Source: Proteromonas lacertae (Eukaryota). From it: a DNA stretch of 60,875 nt. The stretch lies in NCBI GenBank assembly GCA_002245135.1, contig NGBS01000310.1, positions 62,001 to 122,875 on the forward strand, given 5' to 3'. Positions within the stretch are counted from its first letter, which is position 1; the number at the start of each line of letters is the position of its first letter. The translations under genes and the position numbers were made by a program. This document shows, piece by piece, positions 54,301 through 60,875 of the stretch. The notes beneath the pieces were generated by a model. That model was not told the origin of the DNA. It saw only the letters and a list, made by a program, of their open reading frames with translations, and searched no databases.

Positions 54301-55524
54301 ATGTTAGACAGACATAGTATCGAGTATAAAAGCAACTTGGATTATGGAGAATATAATTATGTATTTGATTTGTTTATTGTTTTTAGAACGATGCTTATAA
54401 TTACCTTCATAAACACATTAGAAATAAAAATCATAGTGTTTGTATGACACTATCCGAAGTTTCGCTGCTGATGTGCAGAACACTTTATTGTATTTAAATA
54501 TAGTCTATTTTTATTAGTATCAAATTATGAAGTGAACAGTATAGTAGGTTCTTATTTAATTTTTTGGAACAGAAACAGGAACGTAAATTATGTGTATAGA
54601 TTAGTGTTAGAAATGTGTTTTAAACCCTTAAATAGAAGAATTATAAATCACTTCTTTATTGATGAAAGAATCAATGTAAATGACTATTTATTATTTGTGT
54701 GCTTCTTTTCCTTCTTTAGTTATGAAGATATAGTTACTCTAATGATTTCTATGTCAGGAATCAACAGTAAATTATTTATATCTAAAGAACAATTAGATTT
54801 ATTCTTTGTAATATATGATTTAGATAAAAAAGAGTTTACAGATATGGTTGAAGTTCTTAATTTTACAAAACCCTCTCTACCAGAGTATATTCAAAAAATA
54901 TATTACATATTGAATAGTTATCCATCTGAAGCATATAGTCTAAAAACATTTAAATCATATTTACTAAAACAATCACCATTTCTATTTCAGTTGTATAATC
55001 TTCAACAAGAAATTAGTGCTTTCACATTAACTAAAGATGAAATATATAAAATCAACATAAGAAGAAGTTATTATAATTATGCTACCACAGTGAGAAATAG
55101 TTTAAATAATTATGAATTAGATTATAATAAGCATGTTCAAGATACATATGCTAGACCAAATGAATCATGCTTTGAAAAAACAATCAGAATTTTATTCACA
55201 TCAAAACCCAACCCTTTTCATTACGATTTTAGTCTCAATTATTCAGCTGATGCAGCAAGAAATGAAATATTGTGTAACTTAAAGCAGAAGTACTGTGTTA
55301 ATAAGAAAAATACTTCTACCTGCTTCACTACTTCTTTATTTTCTCGATCAACTTATTCAAAGTCGAATTTCTCCAAATTAAACATAGAAAGAGAAAATAA
55401 GTCATGTTTACTCAAAAATAGGATTATATATCCTGCCACAAGTTCTTCTTTTAATAATTCAGAATCATTATCACCAGCAAAATCAAAATTGTCCAATGCA
55501 GCAAGAATATTTCCTGAATTGTAA
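54301..55524 (+). CDS. Tandem family copy D
   Basis: Same motifs; third intron appears in frame within ORF 54532-55524. Confidence 0.7.
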
Positions 55525-55866
55525 ATTATTTACATGCCATTGATAATTTAAATGTTTAAATTAGAATAATAAAAAATAATGTCGTTTTAAGCTTTTTATT
55601 TTGTTGTTCGAAAGATCGTGGGGTTATTCAATAAAGATGTGAATAATAAAACTTTAAAAAATTATTATAATATACAGAGTTTCATTCACTACAATAAAAT
55701 CTCTATTTTATTATGAATATTTTGATATTATTAATCATTTTTGCAATAATTAATAATATATCGTATATGAAGCATAGATGTTGAGGATTTATGAAAATTT
55801 ATACACGTTTTCAACAGTTAATTGTAGAATCCTTTTGTTTACATAAATAAGTGCATTAAAATATAT

Positions 55867-55983
55867 GTATAACCGTAAGAATATCACTGTAGGTGGGTAA
55901 CCCGTACCAGACTATTCTTAGGTGCCTTCTACAGGTAAGAATAAGCGATTTGAGTGTAAATTAGTTTTTGGTACGGGTTATAC
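55867..55983. repeat. Nested inverted-repeat cassette (structured DNA/RNA candidate)
   Basis: TAACCCGTACCA 55898-55909 / TGGTACGGGTTA 55969-55980; TATTCTTA 55913-55920 / TAAGAATA 55876-55883 and 55936-55943; CTGTAG 55887-55892 / CTACAG 55929-55934; GTATAACC 55867-55874 / GGTTATAC 55976-55983. Confidence 0.7.
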
Positions 55984-56124
55984 TGGAGCAAGTGGTGAGT
56001 TTAAATTTCTTTATATATTTTAGTGTATGAGTAATTTTATGGGTTAAAATTTTTCTTTTGTTTTTTGTATATAATTTCATTTAACTTTTTCTTATTGTTT
56101 TTTATCAATCATAATTTCAAAAGA

Positions 56125-56466
56125 ATGTCAAGAATTTGGATCGAGAATGTTAATATAGAAGATAGAAATAAGCGTGAAGATGAAGACTTTGAAAGAATCT
56201 ATGCAATCATTGAAAGTGAAGTAGCTAGAATAGTAGCTGAGCCACCTCCAGTAGTAATGTGGTATACTTCTGATACAGCTGATGAGGATGACAGAAAGTA
56301 TGAAGAATGGCGTGCAATTCATAAACCAACCAGAGTAGCACAAGCAACCATACGCCCTAGAAAATGGGTTGATCCTGAAGAAGAGCGCAGAAAAACAAAG
56401 ATGTTAAAGCGTTATGGTATTGATGAAAAGAACATCATTGAAGAAAGACTAAGATTTCATAACTAA
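56125..56466 (+). CDS. Element-encoded hypothetical protein
   Basis: Intronless charged 113-aa ORF from ATG 56125. Confidence 0.65.
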   Translation: MSRIWIENVNIEDRNKREDEDFERIYAIIESEVARIVAEPPPVVMWYTSDTADEDDRKYEEWRAIHKPTRVAQATIRPRKWVDPEEERRKTKMLKRYGIDEKNIIEERLRFHN

Positions 56467-56594
56467 TTCTTAAATCATTGGTTTTAATTGAATTTTTGTT
56501 TTTTGATTGGTTGAATAGAAATAAACATAATATTACATAATTCTTTTCATTCATAAATTTCTTGCGATTTTTGAAATAATCTACATAAATTAAA

Positions 56595-57179
56595 ATGAGT
56601 GATATACAAAACGAATTAGATGCTAATATTGAAAAACACTTACAAGAAGGTGAAATGTATGAGAATGATATGTCTGAAGTAAAATCATTAATTATTAAAG
56701 TATTCAAGGATATGTTGGATGGTATGTATTCTGTGATTGAAGAGTATGAAGATGATCCAGAATGGAGTGAACAACCAGGTGATGATATTGATATAACAAT
56801 GGAAGAAGAAGAAGTGAAGGAAGAAAAACAAAGTGAATCTAAATCTAAAAAAAGAAAGGATATAACAAAGTCAGATTCAGATTCACAAGTGTGTAGTACT
56901 TGTGGTAAGAAGAAAGCTAATGATGAATTTGGTTATAAGAGTGAAGGTGTATTCTATAAATCTTGTACAGAGTGTAGAAATAAGAAGAAGAGAAGATATG
57001 AAGAAGTAAAGAAAGGAAGTGATAATAGTGGAGAAGATAAGAAGCGTAAAGTAGAGAATAGTTCCACTGCCGAGGGTCGACCAAAGGTAGATATTGCTAA
57101 AGTAGATTGTTCTACAAGTCCTATCCCGGGGGTAGCTACAGTAGATCTAACTACATCACCTACCTGTATAATTAATTAA
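56595..57179 (+). CDS. Element-encoded C4 zinc-finger protein
   Basis: CSTCGKKK...FYKSCTECR; acidic N-terminal half; C-terminal VDLT motif. Confidence 0.7.
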   Translation: MSDIQNELDANIEKHLQEGEMYENDMSEVKSLIIKVFKDMLDGMYSVIEEYEDDPEWSEQPGDDIDITMEEEEVKEEKQSESKSKKRKDITKSDSDSQVCSTCGKKKANDEFGYKSEGVFYKSCTECRNKKKRRYEEVKKGSDNSGEDKKRKVENSSTAEGRPKVDIAKVDCSTSPIPGVATVDLTTSPTCIIN

Positions 57180-57243
57180 CTTTTGGTTTAAAATTCATTT
57201 TTATATTTCTATACGTTTTTATATATAAATAATTTCACATAAT

Positions 57244-57627
57244 ATGCCATATAATTCATCTTTAGTTATGTTAGGTGATATGAAAGATACTTTAAATGGT
57301 TTGAAACAAGAACTGTATATTTTATTAGGTTGTGTAGTTCTATGGGTTCTTTATAAATGCAAGAGAATATGTGCATGGTGTTATCATAAAGCCTGTCCTC
57401 CAGAATTAAGTGAAATATTAGCTGAGCCAGAACCTGCTGTTCAATTAGCATTAAGAAAATCTACTATTGTTTCTGCTATTCCATTTACTTTAACACCTGA
57501 AAATAGTAGAATAAATTCTAGAAATGCTAGTGATAATGAAGATGAAGAGCAATTAGAAACAGAAATAGAAATTATTCCTATTAATAAACCTGAGATTGAA
57601 ATTCAAAAACCAATCATAAATATTTAA
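57244..57627 (+). CDS. Element-encoded single-transmembrane protein
   Basis: LYILLGCVVLWVLY followed by Cys-rich CKRICAWC; acidic tail. Confidence 0.65.
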   Translation: MPYNSSLVMLGDMKDTLNGLKQELYILLGCVVLWVLYKCKRICAWCYHKACPPELSEILAEPEPAVQLALRKSTIVSAIPFTLTPENSRINSRNASDNEDEEQLETEIEIIPINKPEIEIQKPIINI

Positions 57628-57809
57628 TTTTATATATAGTCTTTTTTTCGTATTTGATTTTTGAAAGTTATTTTTTGTACCCCCTTAAATATTACATAAA
57701 GAAAAACCGTTTTATTTTTCATTCACACTTTTCTTACTCATTTTCAGTATTTTATTTTTTTCATTTTTTACTTTAATAGAAAATTAATTATTCAATCATT
57801 CAATCAAAA

Positions 57810-58982
57810 ATGCCAGCAGACAGAGTCAAACAACCAACCAATTCAGAATTATGCTCCCAGCTTCCATTAAAGGGACAGGCTTATGAGTTCTATCAGAAAG
57901 TGAGTCGTAACATCCAGCATTTAAAGACATTTTGCGACGAAATGTATATTCAAAGTTTGGCTTATGATGACAGCAAAAAATCAAAGAAGAAGCAAAGTCC
58001 ACCACAATTCAACTATATCGAATTAGAGAAGTCAGCTACAGCAGTTTATTATTGCTTTTCATGTAAGTTTGATAATCAGAAGTTAATTCCCATTAAACAT
58101 CTAGAGACATTAGATCAAAATGAGTATATGAATTTATACTTTAGTGACGAAGAGATGAAGAGTATAGTAAAACCAGATGTAAAACAGATTAAACCTTTTA
58201 TTCAACCTCAGTTAAAACAACAACAACAACCACAACAAGAACCACCACCACCAACTGTACCTCAAAAACCTAAAAGAGTTTATAAAAGAAGAACTGATAC
58301 TGTAAAGAAACCTAAAACAAAAGCAGTTATTGATAGTGATGATGAATTAATTCATTTAAAGAAAAGAAAGATTGTTAAGGATTCTGATTTTGTTGACGAA
58401 CCAGTGGGTATAATTGTGAAAGATACTGAATCAAGAACATCTGCTGATGATTTATTAAGTAGCCAAAGTCCTACCTTTACACCTCCAATGTCACCAAGGT
58501 CTGATACTACACTTCTTGATGTTACTGATATTGATATTCTGGATGCTGAATTGAAATATTTTAATGCTGAATTAACTAAAAAAGATGAAGAAAAACAAAA
58601 AGAGATAGAAGAGAAAATTAAACATCAAGATGCAGAGAGAAAGAAACAAGAAGATGAAGAAAAAAAGAAAAAACAACAAGAAGAAGAAAGAGTTAGAAAA
58701 GTACAAGAAGAAGCAGAGAGAAAGAGAAAACAAGAAGAAGCAGAAAAGAAAAGAAAAGAAGAATTAGTTGTTATTAGAATGCTTCAAGAAGAAGAGAATA
58801 TGAGACAACAAGAAGAGTTAAGAAAGAAATGGGTATTAGAACAAAAGAGACAAATGGAAGAAAAGATGAAAAAAGAAAACGATGAATTAGAAAAGAAAAT
58901 GGAAGAAGAGTTTAAGAAAAGAATTGAAGAAGAGAAAAGAAAGAAAGCTGAAGAGTTTGAGAAGATGATGAAGAACTTATAA
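57810..58982 (+). CDS. Element-encoded protein with Pro-rich linker and long E/K/R-rich helix
   Basis: 390-aa intronless ORF; EEEKKK-type charged C-terminus. Confidence 0.75.
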   Translation: MPADRVKQPTNSELCSQLPLKGQAYEFYQKVSRNIQHLKTFCDEMYIQSLAYDDSKKSKKKQSPPQFNYIELEKSATAVYYCFSCKFDNQKLIPIKHLETLDQNEYMNLYFSDEEMKSIVKPDVKQIKPFIQPQLKQQQQPQQEPPPPTVPQKPKRVYKRRTDTVKKPKTKAVIDSDDELIHLKKRKIVKDSDFVDEPVGIIVKDTESRTSADDLLSSQSPTFTPPMSPRSDTTLLDVTDIDILDAELKYFNAELTKKDEEKQKEIEEKIKHQDAERKKQEDEEKKKKQQEEERVRKVQEEAERKRKQEEAEKKRKEELVVIRMLQEEENMRQQEELRKKWVLEQKRQMEEKMKKENDELEKKMEEEFKKRIEEEKRKKAEEFEKMMKNL

Positions 58983-59134
58983 GTATTAATATATACTTTA
59001 AATTTGTCTGGTTTATGCTTTAATCCATATACTTGAAAAAGCACTTTGAATTCATTACTTTTGATGAAAATTGGTGTTTGTTTTATATGTAAAAAATAAC
59101 ATAAATAAAAAACATAAAAAATTATACGAAATCA

Positions 59135-60283
59135 TTAAATAGCGAATTTTTTCTTATATACTCTACCATATCTACTTTTTCTGCCTTCTGGTACTGGTTG
59201 AATATCTGGTTCTATAGGTTGTGCTTCATTATTTATACTATGAATTTGTCTTAATCTAAACTTACCATTTGTTGTAATACTATTAACTGGTACTCTTTTT
59301 ATTTCATGAGATTTGAATCTATATGAGCCTATATCTCTAGGATTGAATTCTCTAGGTATTGTTCCATCCAAGTTCTTAACAGAATATGAAAATGGTCCAA
59401 CTTTGTGTATTTGGTATACTTTATCAGTATAATAAGTAGTTTTTTGAAGTTTGTTATCTCTACGTTCTTTTATTCTGACAAAATCATCAGCTTTAAAATG
59501 AGTATCACTTTTACGCTTCTTTAAGTTTCTAGCATGGGATTCTTTATACAATCTATCTTGGACTTCAAAATCATTGAATACTTCATTTGGAGTTAGATTA
59601 TTGAGTGCAGAATGTGGTTTTGCATTGTAATCATCTACAACAGTATATACTATATTACACAATGATTCAATATTGTTAATTTTATCAAATTCTTCATCAG
59701 AAAATGTATTAATTTTTCTATAAAACATATCTTTAATAGTTCTCACACATCGATCCAATATTTTCATTATATTATGTTCATTACGTTCTTTAAGTATAAA
59801 TCGTATATGATTTTTGTTAAACAAATCTAAAAATTTCTTACCATAGATAATACCAGACTCTTCATCTGACAATATACTTCCTACAAAACGAGCGTTTTCA
59901 TCCTTAGGTTGCATACCCTGATAAAACCATTTTTCAAACACTGGATATACATCATTTTCTGATTTAGATTTAACATAATATATCCAACACTTACGACTAA
60001 CAACTTCTATAATTAACAAAAATGGAACTTTTGTATTGTTGAAAAACACCAAATCTATTTGATATGACCCAGGTAACTTTTCAATTTCATATTTAATTCT
60101 ATTCCTTTTAGTTGCAGTGATTTGATAATCTGGTTTAGACTCTACAAGTTCACTACTAGCTTTTTTAATGTCAGATTTTTTAAAGTTATTCTCAAGTTCA
60201 TTTACAGAGAAATTAATAAAGTCTCGTTTGTTTAAATAACCATATGTTTTGTATAACTCATTTATTTTATCTTGTAGTGACAT
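59135..60283 (-). CDS. Retroviral-like (rve) integrase, Polinton/Maverick type
   Basis: YQIDLVF, IEVVSRK, ILSDEE, LDRCVRTIK, YNAKPHSAL...TPNE, FKADDFVRI, YSVKNLDG. Confidence 0.88.
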   Translation of the reverse strand: MSLQDKINELYKTYGYLNKRDFINFSVNELENNFKKSDIKKASSELVESKPDYQITATKRNRIKYEIEKLPGSYQIDLVFFNNTKVPFLLIIEVVSRKCWIYYVKSKSENDVYPVFEKWFYQGMQPKDENARFVGSILSDEESGIIYGKKFLDLFNKNHIRFILKERNEHNIMKILDRCVRTIKDMFYRKINTFSDEEFDKINNIESLCNIVYTVVDDYNAKPHSALNNLTPNEVFNDFEVQDRLYKESHARNLKKRKSDTHFKADDFVRIKERRDNKLQKTTYYTDKVYQIHKVGPFSYSVKNLDGTIPREFNPRDIGSYRFKSHEIKRVPVNSITTNGKFRLRQIHSINNEAQPIEPDIQPVPEGRKSRYGRVYKKKFAI

Positions 60284-60348
60284 TCAAACAATATATAAAA
60301 AATATGAATGATATATATTTAAAGAATTAATGAATTAAAATAATTAAA

Positions 60349-60875
60349 TCATTCTTCTACCTCTCCCAAATCCTTATCACTTAAAGCGTTACCAAAGTTA
60401 ATAGACTTAGCAGCACTAATAAAACCATTACTAATTACTTTCTTAGCAGGGAATGGTCTACGAGTACTAATTAAATCACTATCTTCTATCTTAGTTCTCT
60501 TAATTCTTGGAGGTGAAACAAATTTGTTTTGATTAGCTTGTTCTTTCTTAATTTTCTTCTCATTACTTCTTCTAATAGTTGTAGCTAAATCAGGATTTTC
60601 ATCATAACCAACAATATCACTACAAACTCTATGATTAACAAAGTTTTGAGTACCATTACTCTTAATAGAGATTTGATTATCAACAACACTTACAGCAATT
60701 TTACTACCAACATCAACATCAGATGGAACTCTATAGTTACTATTATCCCATATCATAATAGAATTGAAATTGTGGAAGTATTTAATACCATGTTGAGGTT
60801 CTCTACATCCTACACTAATCAAATATCCACGAATGATTTTTTCTATAAAGTCATTCTCGTTTCTATCATAAATTT
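60349..60875 (-). CDS. Element-encoded protein, 5'-truncated by window edge
   Basis: Frame of ORF 60349-60822 stays open to position 60875; intronless. Confidence 0.65.
   Translation of the reverse strand, partial: IYDRNENDFIEKIIRGYLISVGCREPQHGIKYFHNFNSIMIWDNSNYRVPSDVDVGSKIAVSVVDNQISIKSNGTQNFVNHRVCSDIVGYDENPDLATTIRRSNEKKIKKEQANQNKFVSPPRIKRTKIEDSDLISTRRPFPAKKVISNGFISAAKSINFGNALSDKDLGEVEE

Larger units (their letters stand above)
55867..60875. mobile_element. Probable endogenous Polinton/Maverick-like DNA virus, partial; left boundary uncertain, continues past window end
   Basis: Six consecutive intronless ORFs in an intron-rich genome, including an rve integrase with no gag, RT or LTR seen. 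Confidence 0.7.

Noticed and set aside
1..55524. Stop codons completed by polyadenylation, as known in Blastocystis
   Set aside because: Every gene end I traced has an encoded stop; GT-rich tracts follow many stops but no stop-less gene was found
56520..57710. ACATAA motif upstream of element ORFs as a viral promoter
   Set aside because: Short AT-rich word at inconsistent distances; expected by chance

Overview
Very AT-rich, gene-dense eukaryotic DNA. Genes carry many very short GT-AG introns (about 24-50 nt, mostly near 30) and intergenic gaps are tiny. This resembles a Blastocystis/Proteromonas-type gut stramenopile; that is inference, not an identification. Positions 1-48650 hold host genes: a P4-ATPase flippase, XRN exoribonuclease, PIG-P, IST1-like, amino-acid permease, TRM10, nitroreductase, actin, ERV46, ALG9, apyrase, ADAT3, several cilia-type proteins, a surface-protein family and two modular BTB-BACK genes. 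Positions 48777-55524 hold four tandem paralogs, with a 643-bp foldback/MITE element about 30 bp upstream of one copy. From about 55860 to the edge lies an intronless block with a Polinton/Maverick-type integrase, probably part of an endogenous DNA virus. The main finding is four independent conserved genes (XRN, PIG-P, ALG9, apyrase) that each contain a 48-60 nt intron with minor-spliceosome (U12-like) signals but AT...AA termini. No AT-AC intron was seen, which suggests a variant minor spliceosome. All gene models were spliced by eye and their boundaries are provisional.
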